A stretch of 64,000 nt of DNA, from positions 14,660 through 78,659 of IMG/VR virus record IMGVR_UViG_2548877036_000005; one strand, written 5' to 3'. The notes beneath the pieces are model-generated. The model was not told the DNA's origin. It made no database searches and saw only the letters and a list, made by a program, of their open reading frames with translations. Source of the stretch: a virus. Taxonomy: Duplodnaviria > Caudoviricetes. This document shows, piece after piece, positions 37,501-47,359 of the stretch; within the stretch, counting starts at the first letter, position 1; each line of letters begins with the position of its first letter. The translations under genes were made by a program, and so were the position numbers.

Positions 37501-39498
37501 GATGAGGGTGGCCCCGTGTTCGTGGGGCCGAAGAACCCTTACCCGTATACGCCTCCTAGCCATGTGGAAGCGCCGAGTATTCCGAATGCTGCTAATCCGG
37601 GGTTGTTTGATCCTGCGACCGGCACGTATTCGAATGCGCCGACTCCGGCTCCCGCCCCTGCCCCTTCCCCGAATAGCCCGATTGATACTGCCCGTTTGAC
37701 GGGGGGTACTTCAACGCATTCGGGTTCGGGTGCTGCCCCGGGGCCTGATCCGTCAACGATCCTGCCTGAGATTCCTGCGTACGCGCCGGAGATTGCGCAG
37801 GATATTGCGCCTCAGGGCTTCGGGTTCGGGATGATCAATGGTTTGCCAGACAACATTCAGCCGGTGAACATTCTCGCTCAAATCGGCGAGATCCTGTTGG
37901 GTGCGGTGTTGTCGTTCTTCGGTATCGACCCAACCTATTTCAACCTTGGTAAGCAAGCTGTGCAGGGTGTCGCTAAGCAGATGAACCTGTTTGGCGGTGG
38001 GGCTCGGGACCCGCAGGTAGATGAGTTGCTGAAACCGGGGGCGTTGCCGTCCAACGTGGCGAATAAGTCGCCGCTGTCGCCAGAGAACCCAATCTATGAC
38101 GGTTTGGGTTCCGGATCGATGCAGGCTATTGAGTTCGCTCAGCAGCATGCGTTGGGGCAGAAGTATGTCTACGGCGGTGTCGGGAACTTCGACGGCAAGG
38201 GCGTAGACGGCTATGACTGTTCCGGTATCGCCTCGGCGCTCTACGCGGCTGCGACTGGTAAGCCGCAGGGGACAAGGTATTTCACTACCGAATCTGATTT
38301 TGAGAAGTTGGGCTTCATTCCCGGCAACAAGCCGGGTGCGTTGAACATCGGCGTCATGCGCGGTGGCGGTGGGCCGAACTCCCACATGGCAGTGACCCTG
38401 CCTAACGGGGTGAATGTTGAATCCGGTGGTTCACACAATTCTACAGCGTATGGTGGCCCCGCCAGAGGAGCGTCTACGTTCCCGTTGCAGTGGTATTTGC
38501 CACTTCCTGAGAATTTTGCTACAGGCGGGAAGATTCACGGCCCCGGTTCGGGTACTTCCGATTCCATCCTTGCCCGCGTATCTAACGGCGAGTTCGTTAC
38601 CCGTGCGGCTTCGGTCGCCAAATATGGTCCGGATCTATTCCACGCCCTGAATGAGGGGCGGATTGATCCTTCGTTCCTGCCTGGTTTCGATAGTGGCGGC
38701 ATTATCGACATTCCTGGTTTGCCTACGCCGACGCCTGATCCTCAGGCGCAGGGGCCGATGGAGGTCTCAGAACCTCTGCCGACACCTGAGCCGATGGTTG
38801 AGGCTCCTGGCGCTGCGCCTGCACCGTCAACTGTGGGCGGGCCGACTGAAGGCCAGCAGGCGCCTGCTCCGATGCCTACGGAGCTTCCTGCGCCTGATGC
38901 GGGGGCGGCTGCCCAGACGGAGGCCGCAACGGATTCTGTCGGTAAGGCGATGACCGGTATCGGTGGCGCCTTGAAGGGTGTCGGCGGTTCGGTGGCGCCT
39001 GGCGCTAAGGGGCCGACTGGGGCTAGCCCTGAGAAGGACCCGCGTTCTGTGTTGGGTGCTGCTCCGAAGAATCAGAACCACAATGCGCCTGCGGTGCAGA
39101 AGGGTATCGAGGGTGCTGCGTCTGCGATTGGTGGGGCGCTTTCGACTGCTATTTCTGCTGCGGCGTCGGCTGGCTCGTTTGGTGCCGCCGGTCCTGCTGC
39201 TGGTGCGGCGGGGTCTATGGCTGCTGCGGGTGTGCAGATGGCCGGTCAGGCTGTCGCTGGCGGCGTGAACGTTCTGTCTTCGTTGCTTGTTGGCACGTTG
39301 ACGGGCGGTTCTACGGCGAATGCGTCGGGTACTCCGATGCTGCCGAAGGAAGGCGCTCAGCCAGGTCAGCGTGGACCGATGATTCAGAACGTATTCAACG
39401 GCGGTGTTCATACATCGAATTTGGACCAGTGGAATCAGAATCAGCAGCGTAGGGAACAGCAGCAGGTGGCGGCTTATCAAGGTACGCCCGTGCGCTGA
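34522..39498 (+). CDS. Tape measure protein with NlpC/P60-like peptidoglycan hydrolase domain
   Basis: 1658 aa, Ala-rich helical; YVYGG ... YDCSG ... HMA motif near 38160-38400. Confidence 0.95.
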   Translation: MAEFVAAQAAVLMVPSIKGFHSKLKAALDTVRQDLTIQVKAQTKEMLAEIQAAKKAAEANAIDLRVKVHDKEYIKQITEIRHKYENLQSQFVKGLKLNVVVTGAQLIPQLAVAVAALNESIVSLSQNALLLPGVFSAAAASIGTLLLGTRGLKDAFTAYGEAQKSAVDDARRLRDAQRAVTDANRDYARALKDSQRNLRDLNLEMKGARLSEAEAILNVREAEEEARKAYGKSALDRQRDILRVQQAEQRLAEVRNRNADLAQDTAEANAKGVLGADNVASAIDRLTNANEKLKDSSKGNQGIATAMANLSPNARSFVAAVQELRGTYGGLRSDIQDRIFADLDHDVVALAGRSLPMLRRGLGGIGDAWNRNIRTLLSELGTGSNQGLVSRILGNTGEAQSRLSNAIRPFLNAFLQLGAVGSDVLPRLSTGFTQLMNRFDAFVRRSEESGKLDEWINRAIEAAKDFGNSLLNIGSIMNSLTEIFLDGGGKGFLQWFQEATKRTADYLKTAAGQERVNQFFRDARDVLREFRPLLSALPDLFRAAKDGAQLWASILLPFLNAAGTLLSRHPGLVTAAVTAYLGFRTVAPILKVINAGLDVMVARLNAQRIAAGQAALQTGAFNSRMTALNGMVGGAAGGVIGVGLAAVASILTYKYIQAQERAAGAVQDHVNSVNQLKAALDDVTGVMDKAGLAQLGKELTDYSSSGGAGQKLDHVNALQLAEKGGVDRGAYLNSFVGENSKLRGDTLKKMDDIVQNDLVANEWWQKYGHFFKEAGIPPDLIARALNGDQGAMREFEQKAKNGNPFTQTNTDLFQLQNKLGQQAHDASTAAGILRERTDTGLGVADDFRKTNEALNGKATLDQRGLDRFNAFGNPRASASPDGGMDIVVDRMPDAPFVANVRKNGGDVKETAGGGAQIHLPPDRARLYGAVTPPVRRAGGGMMSGPGSGTSDSILARLSNGEFVTKAASVAKYGPDLFHALNAGQIDPSLLPGFDEGGPVFVGPKNPYPYTPPSHVEAPSIPNAANPGLFDPATGTYSNAPTPAPAPAPSPNSPIDTARLTGGTSTHSGSGAAPGPDPSTILPEIPAYAPEIAQDIAPQGFGFGMINGLPDNIQPVNILAQIGEILLGAVLSFFGIDPTYFNLGKQAVQGVAKQMNLFGGGARDPQVDELLKPGALPSNVANKSPLSPENPIYDGLGSGSMQAIEFAQQHALGQKYVYGGVGNFDGKGVDGYDCSGIASALYAAATGKPQGTRYFTTESDFEKLGFIPGNKPGALNIGVMRGGGGPNSHMAVTLPNGVNVESGGSHNSTAYGGPARGASTFPLQWYLPLPENFATGGKIHGPGSGTSDSILARVSNGEFVTRAASVAKYGPDLFHALNEGRIDPSFLPGFDSGGIIDIPGLPTPTPDPQAQGPMEVSEPLPTPEPMVEAPGAAPAPSTVGGPTEGQQAPAPMPTELPAPDAGAAAQTEAATDSVGKAMTGIGGALKGVGGSVAPGAKGPTGASPEKDPRSVLGAAPKNQNHNAPAVQKGIEGAASAIGGALSTAISAAASAGSFGAAGPAAGAAGSMAAAGVQMAGQAVAGGVNVLSSLLVGTLTGGSTANASGTPMLPKEGAQPGQRGPMIQNVFNGGVHTSNLDQWNQNQQRREQQQVAAYQGTPVR

Positions 39499-39587
39499 CA
39501 ATTGAATATAGATGTTCGGGAAAACCCGGTGTTCTGCTGGCTGCGGAATTGCCGGGTTTCCTGAACGTTGGGGGGACAACTGAATAA

Positions 39588-40484
39588 ATGCCCGCGATTG
39601 AGTATTTCGACAATCTCAAGATAGAGATTGTGGGGCGGGACGGCTCATATTGGTGTGTGTCTGGCCCCGGCATGGCGGAACAGGGCGTGTTTATGCTGCC
39701 GAATCCGCAAGGTATTTACGACGCCGAGTTTAAGACCTTGTTTGTTCCTGGCCCGTTTGGTGACGAGTATGTCGGTAAACGCAGCCAGAAAAGGGAAATG
39801 ATCATCCCTCTGTACGTGTATGCGGATGATCCGCATACGTGGCGCACTATTGATGCGCAACTTCGGTGGGCTTTCGACTATGACGAATTGGCCACTATAT
39901 ATGTGACGACTGCTGACGGTACCCGATGGTTGAGGGTCCGGATGCAGGAGGCGCCGAAGTACACGTACGAAAAAGATCCGCATTTACTTTCGGAGAATCC
40001 GGTTGTTTATACGTTTGCAGCCGAGTTTCCGTTTTGGCAGGACGATCCTGTCGAGACGGTGTGGGAAACACTTAATACGCAGGATCTGCACCGTTTTCAT
40101 GTGGAGAATCCGGGCGATATCCCGGTGTGGTTGAAGTGGACTTTAACCGATAGAGCGTTGTGGACGTTGCCTGATTTTTCGTGGGGCAATGACATGTATT
40201 CGCGGGGTGAGCAGGACTGTGGCCGCACCATTCCGCTACCGGAGTTGAAGGCGGGCGAGGACATTGAAGTCGATTCCGATCCTCGGGTTCAGACGATTAT
40301 CGCCGCGAACTCTTCCCCTGTTCAGCACCGATGGAAGGGCAATGACCTTCTGTATCCGCTGATGCCGGGTAAGCATGGCGAGATCCCGGTTCAGGTGAAG
40401 AACGCCGAGTTCGGTGGGGCGTTGAAGCTGACGGTGCCGCGTTGGTTCAGTCGCCCGTGGTCGCATCCGTGGGCGATTCTGTGA
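39588..40484 (+). CDS. Minor tail protein (distal tail-like)
   Basis: Synteny after the tape measure; NPGDIPVWLKW. Confidence 0.85.
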   Translation: MPAIEYFDNLKIEIVGRDGSYWCVSGPGMAEQGVFMLPNPQGIYDAEFKTLFVPGPFGDEYVGKRSQKREMIIPLYVYADDPHTWRTIDAQLRWAFDYDELATIYVTTADGTRWLRVRMQEAPKYTYEKDPHLLSENPVVYTFAAEFPFWQDDPVETVWETLNTQDLHRFHVENPGDIPVWLKWTLTDRALWTLPDFSWGNDMYSRGEQDCGRTIPLPELKAGEDIEVDSDPRVQTIIAANSSPVQHRWKGNDLLYPLMPGKHGEIPVQVKNAEFGGALKLTVPRWFSRPWSHPWAIL

Positions 40485-42202
40485 CCGCCGTACAGGACCG
40501 GCTGAACGCTATCAGCCGGAGAACTGACGCCGTGCGCGCCGAACACAAGTCGTTACGTCGCGCAAAGCCAGAAATCTATCTGTACATGAATGACCCTACG
40601 GGGAATCAGCAGGCAATTTGTGTCGGCCATATCGACTACGACACCACTTTGAAGGGGTCGTTCCCGTTCAAGAACAATACCCCAACTCAGGGGATTCTTG
40701 AGTTGCCTGATGACCATTTCATGGCGATTTGGTTGAAGGCGCTGCCTAATGATCCGGAGCTGAAAAAGAACGTCCTTATCAGGGTGGACTTTTATGGTGG
40801 ACGGAAACGGTGGACCGGGCTGCTGGATAAGTGGACGATCAAGTCCAAGGGTGGGGTTAAGTATTTAGAGGTCACGTTCGATGATGACCTGAAATTCCTG
40901 CAATACCTCCTCTGCCCGCCGAATCCTTTGCTGCCCATACCAATTTTCCAGTTCCCACGCATTTTCGGAATAGCTGGACCGGCAAAATGGTGTATTTCCA
41001 TGATAATTCTTATCAACCTAATTCGGGTTGAGGGGAACCTGTGGACTTTACCGGATGATCCGTTCGATATAAACAGTTGGGTTGGTGGGTTCAACTGGAA
41101 TACGTGGCAATGCTTCATTAGGTGCAAGTCTTTCCTCTTGGACGATTCGTCACTGTGGACTTTCTTGGCGTCCCGAATGAATCCAATTGACTCGGTTATC
41201 GCGGATTCGCTGGATGATGCGCAGCTGACTTTGACGTATCGCCGCATTTTCACCGACGACGACGAGTTCGGCGATGTTCCTGGTGTGTCGGCTATGCGGA
41301 ACGGCGCTCTCGTGCTTGAGGTCGTGGATAACTCGGATGCTCACGCGCTGGGCGGCACGTTCCTTGAGGGCACCATCGTTGATGGCTTCGCGCGTTCGGT
41401 TGCCGTTTACGGCGGCGGGTTCATTGAGGACTCGTGGAACATGGTTGACGACTCCGAAACGTTGCAGCCTGACGAGTACTACCAATCGGGCTGGTTGGCG
41501 TCTATGGCTAAGCAGCCGTGGCTGGTGGTCCGAGATTCTGAATGGACACCGATTGAGTCGGGGGATTTATCGTGGGGGCCTGCAAAGAATGCCTCCGTGG
41601 TGGTGGGTGGCGATAACCCTGCCGCTGACGCTATAGCGAAACTAGTCATCGAAACCACGGGGAATCTGCTTGGCTACTTTTTGTTGGCTGGTTTCTCATC
41701 TGCGGGCACTATTGCGGCGGACATCATTATGCCGTTCATTGTTGGCACCATTGCGGCGTGGCTGCATTGGAAGAACACTGGGCGTGCCACGAAGCTGGGT
41801 TGGATTCACTACTGGGAGCTGTACCAGCAGGGCGCCGAGAATAACGCTTGGTCGTTGTCTGCGCTGGCTGCGCTGCGGGGCGGTTTCTTGGCAGGTAGGG
41901 CCGAGACAACTCATTTGTTGGCTATGCATGATTCGTGGGTGATCCCCGGTTTGCATATCGATATCGGGCAGCGCATGGGCTCCACCGTCAATTCTAAGGG
42001 CGTCGAGTCGATTATTTGGGTTAACCAATTGGAGGAGATGAATCCTTCGTGGGATCACTCTGATTCTTTGCAGCCGTTGTCTTGGGTTTTGAAGGCCGGT
42101 AAGTCGGAGCGGGCTATGTCTCTGGGGGAGAGGTCCGCGCGGTTGGCGAAGAAATTGACGGAAGCCACCAGGAATGTTGGTTTCCAGTTGATTGCGGCTT
42201 AG
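40481..42202 (+). CDS. Minor tail protein (baseplate hub, Gp37-like)
   Basis: NPLLP-x-x-x-x-QFPR motif of mycobacteriophage minor tail proteins; synteny. Confidence 0.85.
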   Translation: MTAVQDRLNAISRRTDAVRAEHKSLRRAKPEIYLYMNDPTGNQQAICVGHIDYDTTLKGSFPFKNNTPTQGILELPDDHFMAIWLKALPNDPELKKNVLIRVDFYGGRKRWTGLLDKWTIKSKGGVKYLEVTFDDDLKFLQYLLCPPNPLLPIPIFQFPRIFGIAGPAKWCISMIILINLIRVEGNLWTLPDDPFDINSWVGGFNWNTWQCFIRCKSFLLDDSSLWTFLASRMNPIDSVIADSLDDAQLTLTYRRIFTDDDEFGDVPGVSAMRNGALVLEVVDNSDAHALGGTFLEGTIVDGFARSVAVYGGGFIEDSWNMVDDSETLQPDEYYQSGWLASMAKQPWLVVRDSEWTPIESGDLSWGPAKNASVVVGGDNPAADAIAKLVIETTGNLLGYFLLAGFSSAGTIAADIIMPFIVGTIAAWLHWKNTGRATKLGWIHYWELYQQGAENNAWSLSALAALRGGFLAGRAETTHLLAMHDSWVIPGLHIDIGQRMGSTVNSKGVESIIWVNQLEEMNPSWDHSDSLQPLSWVLKAGKSERAMSLGERSARLAKKLTEATRNVGFQLIAA

Positions 42203-42283
42203 TTCAGTTTTCTCTGCTGTTCAGATTTTCTGAACAGTGGGGTGGATTGAACACGCGTTTTTATTAATGGGGGAATTAAAGAA

Positions 42284-42751
42284 TTGTTGTCACAGGACGA
42301 TTGTGATCCGGATGACCCGCGTACGGCTTTTGCGTGGATGTTCGCGGGAGGTATCCCGGACCCGCGTGAGACGGGTACCGAGAAGCGATTCCATAATCAG
42401 CCGCTCATTCCGCCGCAGTGCTTTGAGGCTGTGTCGCAAATGTTGTGGGATTTCGGGTGCCGGTTCCATCCAGACTTGCAAACCAAGTGGATTAAGGCCG
42501 GGAATGGTCCTCTCAAGAATTTCGAGGTGTGGGACACCGTTACTGAGCGTCCTGTGGATATTTCGGGGGATGCGGCGGCGATGCTCGCTGATATTGCGCC
42601 CGATGTGGCTGCCGAGATTGATGCGGCTGCGCAGTCCCCTGAGAAGCACGCGGAGGCGCTGAAGAAGTTTGAGAAGCAATTCCAAAGCTCTTTGGCCCGT
42701 CTAGAAGCGGCTCGTCAGCGCATGGAGGGGAAGGGGGGTGATTCGTCATGA
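42284..42751 (+). CDS. Minor tail-associated protein (DUF2744-like)
   Basis: Q-x-x-CDP-x-DP ... W ... S-x-x-LWDFG-x-R-x-HP. Confidence 0.75.
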   Translation: MLSQDDCDPDDPRTAFAWMFAGGIPDPRETGTEKRFHNQPLIPPQCFEAVSQMLWDFGCRFHPDLQTKWIKAGNGPLKNFEVWDTVTERPVDISGDAAAMLADIAPDVAAEIDAAAQSPEKHAEALKKFEKQFQSSLARLEAARQRMEGKGGDSS

Positions 42752-45700
42752 GTATGCCAAATGGGGAAGACGGTTTAGATCCGGGCGGCTGGCTTTTCCC
42801 TTTCATCAATAAAGCTGACATGACGAAGCTTCCTGCCCGAACCCAGGATGCGATTACGGAGTATTTCGCTAATCAGGTTCAGAATGATACGGGCTGGAAT
42901 GCGGCGTCATCCACTTTCTTTGACGTAATTCTTCACGGGTTCCGAAACCTTGGCGAGTTCATCACACTGATTGTTCAGGCTATTACGGGCGCCCCTGGCG
43001 GTTTAACGAATCTTCAGGAGTTTCTGTCTGACCGCTGGGCTGATGTCGCAGCTGGTATGGAAGCGGCGCTTGAAGCGCTGGAGAAAATCGCCGCCCTGTT
43101 CGGGCTGGACGGGTTCATAAAGAAATCCATTCTGCCTCTGATTGGTCTTAGCCAGATTACGGATGAGGAAGATAACATTCTGGTTGCCGGTAATTTCGGC
43201 CCAGATAGCGTGGCGGGGAATCCGGTCTGGTCGTATGAGTCCGGGGTTTCTCACACCGCTGACGGCACTGGCAGTGTGAAAGTCGTTGCTGATGGGACTA
43301 AAAAGTCTCTGCGGTCGAACGAGATCAGGGTTAACCCTAAGCAGAGCTTGTCCCTTGAAATGTTCGTTATGTGGTCGGGCTATTCCGGCACTGGCTCGCC
43401 TATCAAATTACAGCTTGTCGAATATTCCGGCTACGGCGACACCGCCGTCCAGACCGGCATTAAAGACATTGCGACTTTGAATCCTCCGGCTAGCGCTGGC
43501 TCCTGGCGCCTCATGTCGGGCAACTATGTGGTCCCGGATGGTGTGCAGTCAGTAAAGGTCCGCATATTCATCACGCGCGATGCGCTCACAGGCACATTCA
43601 ACTTTGATGACGGTGTTGGTAAAAAGACCAATAAGATTCAGCAGAGCTGGATTTCCGGGTTCGCCGAGACATTACAGCAGGTCACCTCTCAGTGGCAGTT
43701 GTTACTTGACACGATTGTTAACGCACTCGGCCTGGGCGGCGCTTTACATACATTAGAAGACCTCGCTAACGCAATCAAGAATATACCGCTTTTCAATATT
43801 CTCGGTTTCGGCGGTCCGAGCGATGCGCTGACCTCCTTCCAGGATTTCTTGTCTCACCTGCTTGGCGGTTTGCAGGGCAGCGGCACACCCAATACGACTG
43901 GCGGTTTCGCGGACCTGCTTAATGTCACGAACATTCTCGCCGCCATGGCGGGGATGGGTGAGTCGGCGTTCCAAATCTTGAGTAACCGCAATAACACATC
44001 TATCGATTCTGGGCTACTGCCTTCAGGTAGATCAAATTACGGTTTAACGAGCGCTAATACAACTATCACGGCAACCCAGGCAGCGTCGCGTATTGCTGCG
44101 CTGCGTATTGAGCAAGATATAGCCGTTGGCGTTATTTCCTGGCTGGGTGCAGGAACGTCTGGTATGTCCGCCTTCTATATCAATATTTGGAAGATGAACG
44201 CCGATTCCGGCGACCGGGCTCTGGTTCATCATTCCCCTAATATTCTTGCGGATATTGTGCCCGGAACCACTCCGGGATGGAATTTCTATCAGCTGGATAC
44301 GCCGTTTGACTGGAAAGCCTCAGAAACTTACGAAATTGAGTGGGTTCCGGTAGGCGGAACTCACTACATGCGTGGTATTTCCACCGAAGACAACATACCT
44401 GACCATCCTTTCGCAAAGGTTCAGGGTCTAGCTTCTACACGCGATAACTCATCTTCGCCGAATTCGCCGCCCACGTCTATTTCTAAGGACAGCGTTGTTC
44501 GGTCTGGCGATATTCCGTGGGTTGAGATCGCGATAGATACAGGTAATGGCGCTGGCTATTACGACCCGATCGGTGGCTACGTAGTCGATTCCGGGGACAT
44601 TCAGATTCCGGCTTGGGTGAATTTCGTGGATGTCACCGCTGTTGGTGGTGCTGGTGGCGGGCAGATGGGCCTGACGTTGGGTTTCCATGGCGAGCCGGGA
44701 TCTCCGGGTTTGTATCAGTCAACGACTTGGCAGCGCGGAGTCCATTTCGGTGACGACGCTGTTATCACCTTCACGAAGGGTGTCGGCGGTCTCGGCGGAC
44801 ATCTAGGCCATGACGACGGCGCTGACGGTACGGCGAGCACGTGGTCTATTCCGGGTTACAGCATTACTGCCGAGCCAGGTGTTGGCGGCACGGAGTTGCA
44901 GTTCGGCGGGAATCCGATTGGTCGCGGCCCTGGCCCGTACTCGTATAAGGGCGAGCCCATTGTTGCCGGTGGCGACCAAAGAATTCCCGGTGCCGATGGC
45001 GTGTCGCCAGGTGGTGCCGGTAACGGCGGAAACAACCTCACTTTCCAGTCCGCTGGTAAGGGCGCGGACGGTGCCGGTTGGTACCGGTTCCGGCAGAACC
45101 CGCTAGAGGGTGAAGAGGTTGTTGGCGGTCCGGGCCAAATCCATGTGGCCGGTATTGAATCTGCCGAGGCGTTCGGGAAGCCCGTCATGTCTGGCGGTCT
45201 ATCGATGCTGCCTTTGGAGGACCAGGCGGCTATCGATGCGATAGTGGCGGCGAACTTGACCGCACCTGGCGCTGTTTTGGCAATTCAGTCTCCGGACGGC
45301 TACTACACGAAAGCCTACGGAAAGGTTTCCACTGCTGCTGGCGCGCGCGCGGTTACACCAGCTGACCATTTCCGCATCGGGTCGTGCACTAAATCGTTTA
45401 CGGCGACCATGATTTTGCAGGCAGTTGACCGTGGCTTGTTGTCGTTGGATGACCCGCTGGAGAAGTTCCTTCCGGGCGTCCCTGGCGGGACGAAGATAAC
45501 CATCCGGCACATGCTGTCTCTGCGGTCGGGTCTGTTCAATGAGCAAACTGACCTCGGCATGATGATGCGCTACTTCCTGATGCCGACTTCCGATTGGACG
45601 GATGCGGAAACGCTGGCGATTGTCAAGCAGCACGAACCGGCCTTTGAGCCCGGCCAAGGTTGGGCGTATGTGAACTCGAACTATTTCCTGCTGGGAATGA

Positions 45701-46926
45701 TCGTTGAGATTGTTAATGGGCGCCCTGCCCGCGATGTGGTGCAGACGGACATTCTTGATCCGTTGGGTTTGACGGAAACCAGTTGGCCTACAACGGCGAA
45801 GATGCCGGAGCCGTATGCGAACGGGCATGCGTGGGCGACCGGAATATTCGGTGGTGGGGCGTGGCAGGACGCCACAGAAACCGGGCCGGGGTATGCGAGC
45901 GCTGCCGGTGTCATGATTTCGACAGCACCCGATCTGCTTCTGTGGGCTAAGGAGCTGCGGGACGGGACTTTGTTGAGTCCCGAGTTGCACAAGATCCGAA
46001 CTCAGTACTACTGGCCTGTCCCGTGGGGCAATGATGATCAGCTGAATTTCTATGGCTACGGGCACGGCATGTTTGAGCTGGGCCAATGGCGCGGCCACGG
46101 TGGTTCGTGGCGCGGATACGAATGCTCTGTCTACTACCTGCCGAACGGCACATTGTTCGCGATGGTGGAGAACGCGCAAACCCCAGTCGTTGAGGTTGAG
46201 GTTTCGATGATGTTCAAGATAGGCAAGTATTTGTATCCGGATTCCTTGGATGAGCAGGATTACCGGGCCAATAACCTGGTATTCGGTATTCCGTCGCGGG
46301 AGTCCGTTGGTAAGCCCCTGTTCGGCGATATTGATGTCAAGTTCGATAATAAGAGTGACACCGATATTAGCATGGCGTCAATTCCGGAATTTACTATTGC
46401 GGACGACGCGAACCTGGTATTCGCGTATGTCACCGCTGATGGTGGTACAGATATTTCTGGTATGTCACTGAAGATTGGTGGCGTCACCATGAATAGGCTG
46501 CCCGACATAAAAGTTGGTACCAGTAGTTTGTTGGTGTTTTGGATGTTAGATCCGCCTACTGGCGCGAGGTCAATAAAGATCATCGGGGCCGGATACGGCG
46601 TCTACTATTCCACCGGCGCTGCCTCGTATAAGTTGGCTGCTCCTGCCGGTATTGGTACGCCTTCGGTGGCTACCGGGTATGGGTCGTCGGCTTCTGTGAC
46701 TACTACATCGAATGCCCATGGCATGAGTGTCAACGCCTTCTTTTATGACGGGGTTCGTACTACCTATAACAAGACCGAGCGGGGCTATCGGGATGCTGTG
46801 GCGTTCAAGAATAAGGGCCTCATTTTCGGTGATGCTCCTGGTGGACCTGCGACATTCACAACAACTTTGGCGGCGGACGGCAAGTGGCTCGGTGTAGCGA
46901 TACCAATTATTTCTAACGCTGAATAG
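42748..46926 (+). CDS. Large minor tail protein with internal serine beta-lactamase/D-Ala-D-Ala carboxypeptidase-like domain
   Basis: FRIGSCTKSF (SxxK), YVNSNY (YxN), GHGG; Gly-rich and carbohydrate-binding-like segments. Confidence 0.9.
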   Translation: MSMPNGEDGLDPGGWLFPFINKADMTKLPARTQDAITEYFANQVQNDTGWNAASSTFFDVILHGFRNLGEFITLIVQAITGAPGGLTNLQEFLSDRWADVAAGMEAALEALEKIAALFGLDGFIKKSILPLIGLSQITDEEDNILVAGNFGPDSVAGNPVWSYESGVSHTADGTGSVKVVADGTKKSLRSNEIRVNPKQSLSLEMFVMWSGYSGTGSPIKLQLVEYSGYGDTAVQTGIKDIATLNPPASAGSWRLMSGNYVVPDGVQSVKVRIFITRDALTGTFNFDDGVGKKTNKIQQSWISGFAETLQQVTSQWQLLLDTIVNALGLGGALHTLEDLANAIKNIPLFNILGFGGPSDALTSFQDFLSHLLGGLQGSGTPNTTGGFADLLNVTNILAAMAGMGESAFQILSNRNNTSIDSGLLPSGRSNYGLTSANTTITATQAASRIAALRIEQDIAVGVISWLGAGTSGMSAFYINIWKMNADSGDRALVHHSPNILADIVPGTTPGWNFYQLDTPFDWKASETYEIEWVPVGGTHYMRGISTEDNIPDHPFAKVQGLASTRDNSSSPNSPPTSISKDSVVRSGDIPWVEIAIDTGNGAGYYDPIGGYVVDSGDIQIPAWVNFVDVTAVGGAGGGQMGLTLGFHGEPGSPGLYQSTTWQRGVHFGDDAVITFTKGVGGLGGHLGHDDGADGTASTWSIPGYSITAEPGVGGTELQFGGNPIGRGPGPYSYKGEPIVAGGDQRIPGADGVSPGGAGNGGNNLTFQSAGKGADGAGWYRFRQNPLEGEEVVGGPGQIHVAGIESAEAFGKPVMSGGLSMLPLEDQAAIDAIVAANLTAPGAVLAIQSPDGYYTKAYGKVSTAAGARAVTPADHFRIGSCTKSFTATMILQAVDRGLLSLDDPLEKFLPGVPGGTKITIRHMLSLRSGLFNEQTDLGMMMRYFLMPTSDWTDAETLAIVKQHEPAFEPGQGWAYVNSNYFLLGMIVEIVNGRPARDVVQTDILDPLGLTETSWPTTAKMPEPYANGHAWATGIFGGGAWQDATETGPGYASAAGVMISTAPDLLLWAKELRDGTLLSPELHKIRTQYYWPVPWGNDDQLNFYGYGHGMFELGQWRGHGGSWRGYECSVYYLPNGTLFAMVENAQTPVVEVEVSMMFKIGKYLYPDSLDEQDYRANNLVFGIPSRESVGKPLFGDIDVKFDNKSDTDISMASIPEFTIADDANLVFAYVTADGGTDISGMSLKIGGVTMNRLPDIKVGTSSLLVFWMLDPPTGARSIKIIGAGYGVYYSTGAASYKLAAPAGIGTPSVATGYGSSASVTTTSNAHGMSVNAFFYDGVRTTYNKTERGYRDAVAFKNKGLIFGDAPGGPATFTTTLAADGKWLGVAIPIISNAE

Positions 46927-46952
46927 CGTATTTTTGGGGGAAACAATTTCAT

Positions 46953-47351
46953 ATGGTTAATGCTCTATACGATAAGGGGCGCCAGGCGTTTCTGGATGGC
47001 CAGATTAGTTGGTCTAGCGACAATATTAAGGTCGCGGCGGTTGATGCGACGTATACGCCGAATATGGCGACACACCAGTATTTGTCTGACATCACTGGTG
47101 TTGTCGCTACTTCGGCGAATCTTTCAGGTAAGTCGAGCACTGGTGGTGTCGCGGATGCTGCTGATATTACGTTCCCATCTGTTACGGGTCCAACAATTGT
47201 GAGGCTCATTGTTTACAAAGACACAGGAACGGCTGGCACTTCTCCGCTCATAGCGGCTATTGATACCGCCACTGGTCTGCCTGTCACTCCGGACGGCACG
47301 AATATCAGTGCCACTTGGTACAACGGCGCTGAGCGCCTGTTCAAGTTGTAG
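46953..47351 (+). CDS. Minor tail/structural protein
   Basis: GVADAADITF ... LPVTPDG motif; tail region. Confidence 0.7.
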   Translation: MVNALYDKGRQAFLDGQISWSSDNIKVAAVDATYTPNMATHQYLSDITGVVATSANLSGKSSTGGVADAADITFPSVTGPTIVRLIVYKDTGTAGTSPLIAAIDTATGLPVTPDGTNISATWYNGAERLFKL

Positions 47352-47359
47352 GGGGCGTT

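Noticed and set aside
45199-46179. 326-aa minus-strand ORF (also 38827-39579, 32703-33455, 52198-52947, 29777-30469)
   Set aside because: Antisense to well-supported structural genes; a product of codon bias
45184-46284. Beta-lactam resistance gene
   Set aside because: The domain is embedded in a virion tail protein with no signal peptide
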